Assembly (NCBI RefSeq): GCF_032051575.1
Contig: NZ_DAMBYD010000005.1
Span: forward strand, 153,528 to 217,527
Length of the DNA stretch: 64,000 nt
DNA from: Aminipila sp.
Lineage (GTDB): Bacteria > Bacillota > Clostridia > Peptostreptococcales > Anaerovoracaceae
Direction of reading: 5' to 3'
Shown here: positions 9,738 to 19,315 of the stretch, piece by piece
How positions within the stretch are numbered: position 1 is the stretch's first letter
How the letters are laid out: the number at the start of each line of letters is the position of its first letter
The notes under the pieces: generated by a model
Told to the model about the DNA's origin: nothing
The model's input: the letters and a program-made list of their open reading frames with translations, nothing else
Databases searched by the model: none
Made by a program: the position numbers and the translations under genes

Positions 9738-12209
9738 TTATCTCACAACGATATTCAATAGCTTGTTAGGTACTGCTATGATTTTAACAACAGTTTTTCC
9801 ATCTATTAAAGCTTTTACTTTTTCATTTTCCATCGCTATCTTTTCAAATGTTTCTTTATCTAAATTATTTGTTACATTCATTTTTTCTTTAACTTTTCCG
9901 TTTATCTGGATAACGATTTCAACAGTATCTTTTACCATTGCTGCTTCATCATACTTTGGCCAGCTAACTGTATGAATAGATTCATTATGTCCTAAACTCT
10001 GCCACATTTCTTCGCAGATATGAGGTGTAAATGGCGATAAAACTAATACCAGGTTCTCAACTGCAGCTTTTAGAAGCCCTAGATTGATATTATCATTTTC
10101 CTTGTATTTATACATTTCATTTACCATTTCCATAATGGAACTGATAGCAGTATTAAAGCTAAATCTGCCGCCAACGTCTTCAGAAACCTTTTTAATAGTT
10201 GTATTCATTTCAAAAGCTAAAGATTTATCTTCTTCTGTTTCTAAAATATATGAATTTGGTGCATGTTCTATAACATTCTCAAGTTCATAAACTAGTCTGT
10301 ATACTCGGTTAAGGAATCTGTAACTTCCTTCAACACCAGCATCTGACCAATCAAGTTCTCTTTCAGGAGGTGCAGCAAATAAAATAAATAATCTCGCTGT
10401 ATCTGCTCCATATTTTTTAATGATTTCTGCAGGGCTTACTACATTACCAATAGATTTTGACATTTTCTTGCCATCTTTGATAACCATACCCTGAGTTAAT
10501 AAATTTTCGAAAGGTTCTTCATTTGTAGTATATCCAAGATCACAAAGAGCCATCTGGAAAAATCTTGCATACATTAAGTGAAGTATAGCATGTTCTACAC
10601 CACCTATATACTGGTCAACATTCATCCAGTATTTTTGCTTATCCTTTGAGAAAGCTTCCTTGTCATTTTTTGCATCTGTGTATCTTAAGAAATACCAAGA
10701 TGAATCAAGGAATGTATCCATAGTATCCATTTCTCTTTTAGCAGGCTTTCCACATTTAGGGCATACGGCTTTAGCAAAAGTCTTACTTGTTGTAAGTGGT
10801 GATTCGCCCTTACCAGTAAATTCCACATCTGTTGGTAGCATTACAGGAAGATTTTCTTCTTTTTCAGGAACCCATCCGCAATCATCACAGTAAATCATAG
10901 GAATAGGTGTACCCCAATATCTCTGTCTTGAAATAAGCCAGTCTCTTAGCCTGTAATTAATGGATTTTTTACCAATCCCTTTTTCTTCAAGATAATCTAT
11001 AATCTTAAGTATTGCTTCCTTATTGTTCATACCAGTGAACATCTCAGAATTTATCATATTACCTTCTGCCACAAAAGCTTCTGTCAAATTATTGATGTCT
11101 ATTGAAGGGTCTGCTGATTCCACTACAGGAATAATTTCACAGTCAAACTTTTTAGCAAATTCAAAGTCTCTCTGGTCATGGGCAGGTACCGCCATTATAG
11201 CCCCAGTACCATAATCCATCAGAACATAGTCGGAAATAAAGATTGGAACCTTCTTTCCATTTAAAGGATTGACAGCATATCTACCAATAAATACACCGGT
11301 TTTTTCATTTGTAGTTGATGTTCTTTCAATATCAGATTTATGCTGAACTTCATCTAAATATTTCTTAACTTCAGTTTCTTTGCCTGAACCTTTTACAAAT
11401 TCTTTTACATATGGGTGTTCTGGTGCAAGTACCATGTAAGTTACCCCATAAAGAGTATCTGGCCTTGTTGTGAAAATTTTAAGTTTTTTATCAAACCCAT
11501 CCACATCAAAGTCAACTTCAGCTCCAACGCTCTTTCCTATCCAGTTCTTCTGCATAATTTTAACCTTGCTTGGCCATCCTTCTAGTTTTTCAAGGTTATC
11601 AAGAAGTCTATCTGCATAATCTGTAATCTTAAAGTACCACTGAGATAATTCTTTCTTACCAACTAATGAACCACAACGTTCACAAGAGCCATCAACAACC
11701 TGCTCGTTTGCAAGTACAGTTTGACAGCTTGGGCACCAGTTTACAGGATTTTCTTTCTTATAAGCTAAACCTTTCTTATAGAACTGAATGAAAATCCACT
11801 GCATCCATTTATAATAGTCAGGGCGGCAAGTAGCTACTTCTCTATCCCAATCATATGCAAATCCTAATTCCTTTAACTGTTCTGTCATTTCTGCAATATT
11901 TTCTGTAGTCCATTTAGCAGGAGCAATGCCATGCTTAATGGCTGCATTTTCAGCAGGAAGACCAAATGAATCATAGCCCATAGGATGTAATACATTAAAA
12001 CCAGCCATAGTTTTGTATCTTGCAATAACATCACCGATAGAATAGTTTCTTACATGTCCCATATGTAGTTTTCCTGATGGATATGGAAACATTTCCAGTA
12101 CATAATACTTTTCTTTACTTTCATCTTCAGAAGTAGCAAAAACCTTGTTCTCGTCCCAATACTTCTGCCATTTTTCTTCGATTTCACTGAAGTTGTACTT
12201 TTCTAACAT
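9738..12209 (-). CDS. leuS: Leucine--tRNA ligase
   Basis: 823 aa with the HIGH motif [15 protein letters not shown] and the KMSKS motif [10 protein letters not shown]. Confidence 0.97.
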   Translation of the reverse strand: MLEKYNFSEIEEKWQKYWDENKVFATSEDESKEKYYVLEMFPYPSGKLHMGHVRNYSIGDVIARYKTMAGFNVLHPMGYDSFGLPAENAAIKHGIAPAKWTTENIAEMTEQLKELGFAYDWDREVATCRPDYYKWMQWIFIQFYKKGLAYKKENPVNWCPSCQTVLANEQVVDGSCERCGSLVGKKELSQWYFKITDYADRLLDNLEKLEGWPSKVKIMQKNWIGKSVGAEVDFDVDGFDKKLKIFTTRPDTLYGVTYMVLAPEHPYVKEFVKGSGKETEVKKYLDEVQHKSDIERTSTTNEKTGVFIGRYAVNPLNGKKVPIFISDYVLMDYGTGAIMAVPAHDQRDFEFAKKFDCEIIPVVESADPSIDINNLTEAFVAEGNMINSEMFTGMNNKEAILKIIDYLEEKGIGKKSINYRLRDWLISRQRYWGTPIPMIYCDDCGWVPEKEENLPVMLPTDVEFTGKGESPLTTSKTFAKAVCPKCGKPAKREMDTMDTFLDSSWYFLRYTDAKNDKEAFSKDKQKYWMNVDQYIGGVEHAILHLMYARFFQMALCDLGYTTNEEPFENLLTQGMVIKDGKKMSKSIGNVVSPAEIIKKYGADTARLFILFAAPPERELDWSDAGVEGSYRFLNRVYRLVYELENVIEHAPNSYILETEEDKSLAFEMNTTIKKVSEDVGGRFSFNTAISSIMEMVNEMYKYKENDNINLGLLKAAVENLVLVLSPFTPHICEEMWQSLGHNESIHTVSWPKYDEAAMVKDTVEIVIQINGKVKEKMNVTNNLDKETFEKIAMENEKVKALIDGKTVVKIIAVPNKLLNIVVR

Positions 12210-12212
12210 CGA

Positions 12213-12563
12213 TTAATCCTCCAAATCAAGTTCTAAAAATTCACAATCGCCCCAAACCTTCTCAATGTTGTATCTCTGGCGCATTTCTGTAGTTAAAACA
12301 TTTACAATTACATCACCATAATCCATGAGAATCCAACCTGAACTAGCCTGTCCCTCTATACTCTTTGCAAACATTCCTTCTTTTGCAAATTCATCATCAA
12401 TGTCATCACTTAGTGATTTAATTTGCCTTTCGCTATTACCTGAAGCTAAAACAAAATAATCAGCAAATGAAGATTTAATGCTAATATCAATACATACGAT
12501 ATCCTGTGCCTTTTTTTGGTCCAAAACTTTAGTGGCCAATAATGCTATTTCTTTACTATTCAT
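12213..12563 (-). CDS. rsfS: Ribosome silencing factor RsfS
   Basis: 116 aa. The segment ADYFVLASGNSERQIKSL...GWILMDYGDVIVNV is typical of RsfS/YqeL. Confidence 0.9.
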   Translation of the reverse strand: MNSKEIALLATKVLDQKKAQDIVCIDISIKSSFADYFVLASGNSERQIKSLSDDIDDEFAKEGMFAKSIEGQASSGWILMDYGDVIVNVLTTEMRQRYNIEKVWGDCEFLELDLED

Positions 12564-12574
12564 CTAGATCTCCT

Positions 12575-13135
12575 TTAAATTTTCAATCTTTTTAAGTAAT
12601 CTCTTGCTTCTACAGTATCTTCATCTAAAAATAAATTTTGTGATTTAACATAATCAATAGTTCTTGATAATGATAATATACAAGCTTGGTCTAAATTAAC
12701 AAATGCAGCTTTCCTTAATTCCTCTACTCCTGGATATTCTCTATTTGGTTCTATGGCATCAGCTAAATAGATTATCTTTTCTAACTGTGACATATTTAGT
12801 CTGCCTGTAGTATGATAACTTACTGCATTTAAAATATCCTCATCCGTAATCCCATAATCTTTTGTCATAATAACTGCTGCAACTTTACCATGAGCTAAAT
12901 TTCTGTTATTTAGATATTTTGAACCTAAATTAAATTGCTTAACATATTCATTCATTTCATGCAGAGATATTTCCCTAAACATATCATGAAATAGTGCAGC
13001 AATCTCTGCTTTTTCTAAATCAACGCCATATAAAGAAGCTAATTTCAGAGCCGTGTCTTTAACTGCATAAATATGACGTTTTCTTTTTTCTGATAAGTTT
13101 TTTTCAATATAATTATTTATATAGTCCATTTTCAT
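12575..13135 (-). CDS. yqeK: HD-domain bis(5'-nucleosyl)-tetraphosphatase YqeK
   Basis: 186 aa with the HD motif LFHDMFRE. It keeps the nadD-yqeK-rsfS order seen in Bacillus. Confidence 0.85.
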   Translation of the reverse strand: MKMDYINNYIEKNLSEKRKRHIYAVKDTALKLASLYGVDLEKAEIAALFHDMFREISLHEMNEYVKQFNLGSKYLNNRNLAHGKVAAVIMTKDYGITDEDILNAVSYHTTGRLNMSQLEKIIYLADAIEPNREYPGVEELRKAAFVNLDQACILSLSRTIDYVKSQNLFLDEDTVEARDYLKRLKI

Positions 13136-13718
13136 GGATGTACCTTTCTACAGACTCCGGAACCAGATCTTTAATACTTTCCCCCATTTTAATATGAGTT
13201 TTTATATCCGTTGAAGAAATGGGTAATTCTTCATTATTTAACAATATAATATTAGTATTATAAACCGCTCTTATCTTGTCTATACAGCATTTTAATTGAT
13301 CTTCTTTGTAACCGGGTCTACTGCCTATGGCAAAACTAAAATCACGTAGTAATTCTTTTGACTTGTACCAGCATTCAATATTTAAAAATGAGTCCGTGCC
13401 TAAGATAAAAAAGAATTCTGTATCACTACTATAAAAAGTTCTTATTCTCCTTAAAGTGTTAATAGTATATGAAATTTCATCAATTTCAAGCTCTGCGTAA
13501 GAAATTTCAAGGCCCTTTTTTCCTTGCAGTGCTTGTATTAACATATTTACTCTATGTTCTTCTGGGGTAACCTCCATATCCATCTTAAAGGGCTGGTATT
13601 TTGCAGGAATAAAGATTACTTTATCTAAATGTAGTTCCTCCCTTGCCTGCAAAGCCAGTTGGATATGCCCCCAGTGTATGGGGTCAAAACTTCCCCCGTA
13701 TATCCCTATTTTATTCAT
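13113..13718 (-). CDS. nadD: Nicotinate-nucleotide adenylyltransferase
   Basis: The N-terminus IGIYGGSFDPIHWGHI carries the (H/T)xGH nucleotidyltransferase motif, and the ISSTDIK motif is present. Confidence 0.9.
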   Translation of the reverse strand: MNKIGIYGGSFDPIHWGHIQLALQAREELHLDKVIFIPAKYQPFKMDMEVTPEEHRVNMLIQALQGKKGLEISYAELEIDEISYTINTLRRIRTFYSSDTEFFFILGTDSFLNIECWYKSKELLRDFSFAIGSRPGYKEDQLKCCIDKIRAVYNTNIILLNNEELPISSTDIKTHIKMGESIKDLVPESVERYIHENGLYK

Positions 13719-13746
13719 AACCTCTCCACTAAAGTAAGAACAAATT

Positions 13747-15513
13747 TTAACCTTTGATCTTTATACTAAGTTCTTCAAGCTGATCTTCCGGTACACTAGT
13801 AGGGGCATCACTTACCATACACTGCGCTGCCTGATTTTTAGGGAATGCCATAACTTCTCTAATGCTGTGTTCTCCGGACAGAAGCATTACCAGTCTGTCA
13901 AGCCCATAAGCTAAACCACCATGAGGAGGTGTACCATATTTAAAGGCTTCCAACAAGAAACCAAATTTGCTTTCACAAACTTCTTTACTTAATCCAAGTA
14001 CTTCAAACATTTTTGCCTGAAGGTTCTTATCATGAATTCTGATACTGCCGCCACCAAGTTCTACACCATTAAGAACAATATCGTAAGCCTGAGCCTTAAC
14101 CTTTCCAGGTTCCGTGTCAAGCATCGGTACGTCTTCAAGTCTAGGACATGTAAATGGATGATGCATAGCAGAATAAGAATCTGTTTCGTCATCATATTCA
14201 AATAATGGGAAGTCAACAACCCATAAGAAATTGTATTGTGTATCATCAAGAAGACCAAGTCTTCCAGCAATTTCTCTTCTAAGGAATCCAAGTGTATCAA
14301 ATACAATCTTGGCTTTATCCGCAGCTATTAGAATTAAATCTCCTGTTTTTGCATCAAATACTTTTGCAATTTCAGCCAGCTGTTCCTGAGTAAAGAATTT
14401 ATTTACAGAAGAATTAATTTCACCTTCGGCTAATCTCATCCATACAAGACCTTTTGCTCCGTAATGCTTTGCAGCATCAGTAAGCTTATCTAAATCTTTT
14501 CTGCTGAAATGTTCAGAACCACTATCAATGTTAATGCCTCTTACATCACCATTCTTTTCTAACGCATCAGCAAAAACTTTGAATTCAGTCCCTGCTACTA
14601 CATCATTCAGTTTTTTCAGTTCAAAACCAAATCTGGTATCTGGTTTATCACTTCCGTATCTTTCCATAGCTTCATCATAAGGAAGTCTTAAGAATGGAGT
14701 CTGAATATCAACATTCATGATTTCTTTCATTACTCTCTTTAGAAAACCTTCTTGAATTTCAATTACATCATCCACATCAACAAAAGACATTTCAAGGTCA
14801 ATCTGTGTAAATTCAGGCTGTCTGTCAGCTCTTAGGTCTTCATCTCTGAAGCACCTAGCTATCTGCATATACCGATCCGTACCACCTACCATTAAAAGCT
14901 GTTTGAACAACTGTGGTGATTGCGGTAATGCATAGAATTGACCTGGGTTAACTCTGCTTGGTACAAGATAATCTCTCGCGCCTTCCGGTGTTGGCTTATT
15001 AAGAATAGGTGTTTCAACTTCAGTAAAACCCTGACTATCAAAATAATCTCTTGCAAGTTTTGCTATGCTATGTCTGAAAGTAAGGTTTTTTTGCATCTTA
15101 ACCTTTCTTAAATCTAAGTATCTGTATTTTAACCTTAAATTATCATCAACATTATCATCATCTTTAATGTAAATTGGTGGAGTTTCTGCTTCTGAATAAA
15201 TCACTAAGTCATTCGCAAAAACTTCAATATCTCCTGTAGGAATATCCGGATTTTTTGATTGTCTTTCTTTAACTATACCCTTAATTCCAACAACATATTC
15301 ACTTCTAAGTTTGTCCGCACATTCAAAAAGCTCTTGAGGAATTTTATCATCAAAAACAACCTGAACAATACCAGTCTTATCTCTTAAATCGCAGAAAATA
15401 AGGCCTCCAAGATTTCTTCTTTTTTGAATCCATCCATTTAATACAACACTTTCATCAATATTGCCTGAATTCAAAATGCCGCACATGTGTGTTCTCTTAA
15501 AAACATTGCTCAT
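13747..15513 (-). CDS. aspS: Aspartate--tRNA ligase
   Basis: 588 aa. Class II motifs FRDEDLRADRQPEFTQID and GGGSIRIH are present, with the bacterial-type insertion domain. Confidence 0.97.
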   Translation of the reverse strand: MSNVFKRTHMCGILNSGNIDESVVLNGWIQKRRNLGGLIFCDLRDKTGIVQVVFDDKIPQELFECADKLRSEYVVGIKGIVKERQSKNPDIPTGDIEVFANDLVIYSEAETPPIYIKDDDNVDDNLRLKYRYLDLRKVKMQKNLTFRHSIAKLARDYFDSQGFTEVETPILNKPTPEGARDYLVPSRVNPGQFYALPQSPQLFKQLLMVGGTDRYMQIARCFRDEDLRADRQPEFTQIDLEMSFVDVDDVIEIQEGFLKRVMKEIMNVDIQTPFLRLPYDEAMERYGSDKPDTRFGFELKKLNDVVAGTEFKVFADALEKNGDVRGINIDSGSEHFSRKDLDKLTDAAKHYGAKGLVWMRLAEGEINSSVNKFFTQEQLAEIAKVFDAKTGDLILIAADKAKIVFDTLGFLRREIAGRLGLLDDTQYNFLWVVDFPLFEYDDETDSYSAMHHPFTCPRLEDVPMLDTEPGKVKAQAYDIVLNGVELGGGSIRIHDKNLQAKMFEVLGLSKEVCESKFGFLLEAFKYGTPPHGGLAYGLDRLVMLLSGEHSIREVMAFPKNQAAQCMVSDAPTSVPEDQLEELSIKIKG

Positions 15514-15530
15514 TATTTATATCTCCTATC

Positions 15531-16784
15531 TTACTTTTTTAATTCCTCAATAATATTATCAATTGCAACAACCCTCTGCTCTGATGTAGCCATTGTCTTA
15601 ATGGTAAGTTTGCCTTCATGAAGTTCATTGTCTCCAATTACAACCGTATATTTTGCATGAATTCTATCTGCATATTTAAACTGTCCCTTGAAATTTCTTG
15701 CAAGAAGATCCATTTCAGCTTTTACACCTTCTAATCTCAGTTTTCTCATAAGTGAAAGTCCATATTCTTTAGCCGGTTCACCCATAACTGCAATAAATAC
15801 ATCTACAGGTTCTGGTTCAGGGATTTCAATTCCATTAGCTTCCATAGTCAACAATAATCTTTCAATTCCAAGCCCAAATCCAACACCAGGAGTTGCAGGT
15901 CCGCCAATTTGCTCAATAAGGTGATCATAACGACCCCCACCACATACTGTACCCTGTGCACCAATTTTATTAGATACAAATTCAAATGCAGTTTTTGTAT
16001 AATAGTCTAGTCCTCTTACAATACCAGGGTCTACAATAAATTCAACACCCATAGCGGTTAAATCTTTTTGTAAATCTCCAAATGCCTCGCTGCATTCATC
16101 GCATAAGTAATCCAGCATCATTGGCGCTCCCTTGCCTAACTCCTGACATATTTCAGATTTACAGTCAAGAATTCTTAAAGGGTTTTTTTCATATCTGTTT
16201 TTACATGTATCACATAGTTGGTCATACTTTGGCTTTAAAAATTCTTTTAAAGCCGTTCTGTGCTTTTCTCTGCATTTTGGGCAGCCAATGCTGTTAATTC
16301 TTAGCTCTAGATCTTTAATTTCCAAAGAATTTAAAAAATCATATGCAAGACAGATTACTTCAGCATCCGCCATCATATTATTTGTTCCAAAAATTTCAAT
16401 ACCGAACTGATGAAATTCTCTAAGTCTTCCAGATTGTGGCTTTTCATATCTAAAACAAGGTATATCGTAATACATTTTTGTGGGTTGAACTTCAGCAAAC
16501 TGCTTATGTTCAACAAAAGCTCTTACAACTGGTGAAGTACCTTCTGGCTTTAAAGTAATACTTCGTTTTGCATAATCTTCAAAGGTATACATCTGCTTTT
16601 CTACAATATCAGTAGTATCGCCAACACCCCTTGTAAATAACTCTGTATGCTCAAAAATAGGGGTTCTCACTTCTTTGAATCCATATTTTCCACATATGTC
16701 AGAAAAGGCTTTTTCAACAAAATGCCATTTATATACCTGATTTGGCATAACATCTTTCGTACCCTTTGGCGCATTTGTTAACAT
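15531..16784 (-). CDS. hisS: Histidine--tRNA ligase
   Basis: 417 aa with class II motifs YDIPCFRYEKPQSGRLREFHQFGIE and GGGRYD. Confidence 0.97.
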   Translation of the reverse strand: MLTNAPKGTKDVMPNQVYKWHFVEKAFSDICGKYGFKEVRTPIFEHTELFTRGVGDTTDIVEKQMYTFEDYAKRSITLKPEGTSPVVRAFVEHKQFAEVQPTKMYYDIPCFRYEKPQSGRLREFHQFGIEIFGTNNMMADAEVICLAYDFLNSLEIKDLELRINSIGCPKCREKHRTALKEFLKPKYDQLCDTCKNRYEKNPLRILDCKSEICQELGKGAPMMLDYLCDECSEAFGDLQKDLTAMGVEFIVDPGIVRGLDYYTKTAFEFVSNKIGAQGTVCGGGRYDHLIEQIGGPATPGVGFGLGIERLLLTMEANGIEIPEPEPVDVFIAVMGEPAKEYGLSLMRKLRLEGVKAEMDLLARNFKGQFKYADRIHAKYTVVIGDNELHEGKLTIKTMATSEQRVVAIDNIIEELKK

Positions 16785-16788
16785 TAAA

Positions 16789-18201
16789 CTACCTCCTAAA
16801 TAAATTATCGTCTTTTCTCTGTAACATTTCGTTCAATCTTGATATATAAATTTCAAAATTAGATACATTTGGAACCCGTTCCAGACGGTTCTCTTCTGGA
16901 TAATATGCTTTTGATATTCCACCAGCACCAAGAGCAACAACCGTCTGATGCTCCTCCATTATCCTTATATTATAAATGCCCTCACATCCATTCTTGGCAT
17001 AACCTACATTTTCTAAACTACCCGCCATGTGTTTCTGCCTATAAAGATAATACGGCTTATAATGGTTTTTATAAAGCTTGTCCTTTGATAAGGCAAGCAT
17101 ATCTTTTACTATCAAAGCTTGTTTATAATGAAAATCACTATCCACATCTATTAGTCTTGATGCTCGTTTAACTGCTAAAGTATGGACTGTAATGTTTTCA
17201 GCTCCAAGTTTTATCATCGTATCAATAGTCTTTTCAAAGTCTTCAAGCGTTTCTTCAGGAAGACCAGCAATAATATCTGTATTAATAATAGGAATTCCCA
17301 CACTTCTTGCCATATTAAATGCGTTTAATATATCATTACTATTGTGAGCACGGCCTATTAGTTCTAAAGTTTTATCTTTCATTGTTTGTGGATTAATACT
17401 AATTCTTTCAATGCCATTCTTTTTTAACACTTGAAGTTTTTCAAGTGTTATCGTATCTGGTCTGCCAGCTTCTACAGTAAATTCTTTATTTTTGCTTAAA
17501 TCATAAGCCCTGTTAATTTCTTGTAACAATCTGTCCAATTGTTCTGCAGTAAGTGTTGTAGGCGTTCCTCCACCTATATATATTGATTCCGGATACATGC
17601 CTATTTCTGCCATCATTTTACCAGTATGCCTGATTTCTTTATGCAAGGCGTCCATATATTCTTGGATTTTATCAGGTTCTGATTGATTAGAAGTAAAAGA
17701 ACAGTATAAACACCTAGTTGGACAAAATGGTATGCCAATATAAAGTCCAACACTATTTTGTACTGGTATATCTAAAATTTCTTGCTGTTTTTGATATATA
17801 TTACATATTAGAGAAATTTTTTCATCATTAAAAAGATAAAAATTCTTAAGCTTATCTATAACAAGTCCCATAGATCCCAGCTTATTAAAAAGTTCACCAA
17901 CAAGTTTTACTGGTCTTACTCCAGTATGTATGCCCCATTCAGGCATTTTACCAGTTAAAACTGATAATTTTTTGTAGATAGCCTGTTTAAGAGCGTTTTT
18001 TTCTGTTTCATTAAATTCAAGCAACTGGCCAGTTGCATAATTAACCATTTCATTTATACCAGTTGTATCATTTTGATCTAAATCACAATATAAAGTATAT
18101 TCTTCTGGTCGAAGGAATACTTTTATTAACTCATCGAATTCGTATTTATTTGTTATGCCCTTTAATATTATTTTATACAAATGGATTACTCCTCTTTTCA
18201 A
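16789..18201 (-). CDS. Radical SAM, HemN-like coproporphyrinogen dehydrogenase family protein (HemZ type)
   Basis: 470 aa. The radical SAM cluster motif is GIPFCPTRCLYCSF (CxxxCxxC). The N-terminal extension of about 150 aa is typical of the HemZ subfamily. The start is uncertain because the gene overlaps the upstream gene by 29 nt. Confidence 0.8.
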   Translation of the reverse strand: MKRGVIHLYKIILKGITNKYEFDELIKVFLRPEEYTLYCDLDQNDTTGINEMVNYATGQLLEFNETEKNALKQAIYKKLSVLTGKMPEWGIHTGVRPVKLVGELFNKLGSMGLVIDKLKNFYLFNDEKISLICNIYQKQQEILDIPVQNSVGLYIGIPFCPTRCLYCSFTSNQSEPDKIQEYMDALHKEIRHTGKMMAEIGMYPESIYIGGGTPTTLTAEQLDRLLQEINRAYDLSKNKEFTVEAGRPDTITLEKLQVLKKNGIERISINPQTMKDKTLELIGRAHNSNDILNAFNMARSVGIPIINTDIIAGLPEETLEDFEKTIDTMIKLGAENITVHTLAVKRASRLIDVDSDFHYKQALIVKDMLALSKDKLYKNHYKPYYLYRQKHMAGSLENVGYAKNGCEGIYNIRIMEEHQTVVALGAGGISKAYYPEENRLERVPNVSNFEIYISRLNEMLQRKDDNLFRR

Positions 18202-18793
18202 GTCCTATATTTGTAGAACCCATATGCCCTGGATAAACCATGGTATCCTCTGGAAGAGTAAATAGCTTCGTATGAATGGCATTTTTTAGCTGAGGAAATG
18301 AGCCACCTGGAAAATCAGTTCTGCCAATTGACTGCTGAAATAAAGTATCCCCGCTAAATACTACATTGCCCAGTAAAATACACATTCCACCAGGAGTATG
18401 TCCTGGTGTATAAAGAAATTTAAGTTTCAAGTTGCCAATTTCCAGAGTATCATTATCATCAACCCAGATATCAGCTTCAAGTCCTATTTCTGTGCCGCAG
18501 CAGTCTCTTGACATATTTAATCTTGGATTAGCAAGAAATTCTTTTTCGTGAATGCAAGCCACTAACTTTGCATTTGGAAATAAAGATAAATAATCCTTAA
18601 CGCCACCAATATGATCTCCATGTCCATGAGTAAGAATGATATACTCAACATCACAACGGTCTTTTTTTATTAAATTTTCCATATTTGGGCTGAATCCACC
18701 TGGATCTACAATGAAACCTTTATTCGTATCTTCGTCTCTTACATAATAAGTGTTTACACCCAAAGCTCCACTTGGTATACAATTTATCTGCAT
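18173..18793 (-). CDS. MBL-fold metallo-hydrolase (glyoxalase II-like)
   Basis: HGHGDHIGG motif. I set the start at ATG 18791-18793 (MQINCIP...), preceded by GGTGGGGAG. Confidence 0.8.
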   Translation of the reverse strand: MQINCIPSGALGVNTYYVRDEDTNKGFIVDPGGFSPNMENLIKKDRCDVEYIILTHGHGDHIGGVKDYLSLFPNAKLVACIHEKEFLANPRLNMSRDCCGTEIGLEADIWVDDNDTLEIGNLKLKFLYTPGHTPGGMCILLGNVVFSGDTLFQQSIGRTDFPGGSFPQLKNAIHTKLFTLPEDTMVYPGHMGSTNIGLEKRSNPFV

Positions 18794-18816
18794 ATACTCC
18801 CCACCTTTTAACACAA

Positions 18817-19266
18817 TTAGAACAATTTTTTACTATCAAGTAATATGGTTACAGGTCCATCATTGTTAATTCTCACAAGCATATCTGTTTGAAAAATACC
18901 TTCTCCTGTAAAAATTCCTTTTTCTTTTATCTGCTTAACAAATTCATCATAAAGTTCCTTGGCTTTTTCTGGTCTGGCTGCTTTTATAAAACTTGGCCTT
19001 TTCCCTTTTCTTGCATCACCCAGTAAAGTGAACTGAGAAACGGCTAAAACCTGGCCACCAACATCCATTAACGAAAGATTCATTTTATCATCTTCATCTT
19101 CAAAAACCCGTAAGCCAGAAACTTTATCTACTATATAACTTACATCTTTTAGATCATCGGTATCCTCAACGCCTAACAGTACCACAAACCCTTTATTAAT
19201 TGCTCCAGTAATCTTTCCTTCAACGGTTACATCTGCATCCGTTACTCTTTGTACAACCGCCCTCAT
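18817..19266 (-). CDS. dtd: D-aminoacyl-tRNA deacylase
   Basis: 149 aa with MRAVVQRV... and ...SQFTLLGD...GKRPSF, both canonical Dtd segments. Confidence 0.95.
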   Translation of the reverse strand: MRAVVQRVTDADVTVEGKITGAINKGFVVLLGVEDTDDLKDVSYIVDKVSGLRVFEDEDDKMNLSLMDVGGQVLAVSQFTLLGDARKGKRPSFIKAARPEKAKELYDEFVKQIKEKGIFTGEGIFQTDMLVRINNDGPVTILLDSKKLF

Positions 19267-19315
19267 GCTGCCTCCAAACTAATATGGTTTACATAATTTT
19301 TTTATCGTTTATTTT

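Noticed and set aside
14061-14306. Same-strand internal ORF (81 aa, -) inside aspS, and similar ones at 35248-35541, 35926-36147, 43528-43746, 46318-46551 and 56859-57053
   Set aside because: They are out-of-frame ORFs inside well-supported genes, with Cys/Arg-rich or otherwise odd composition. There is no independent start signal.
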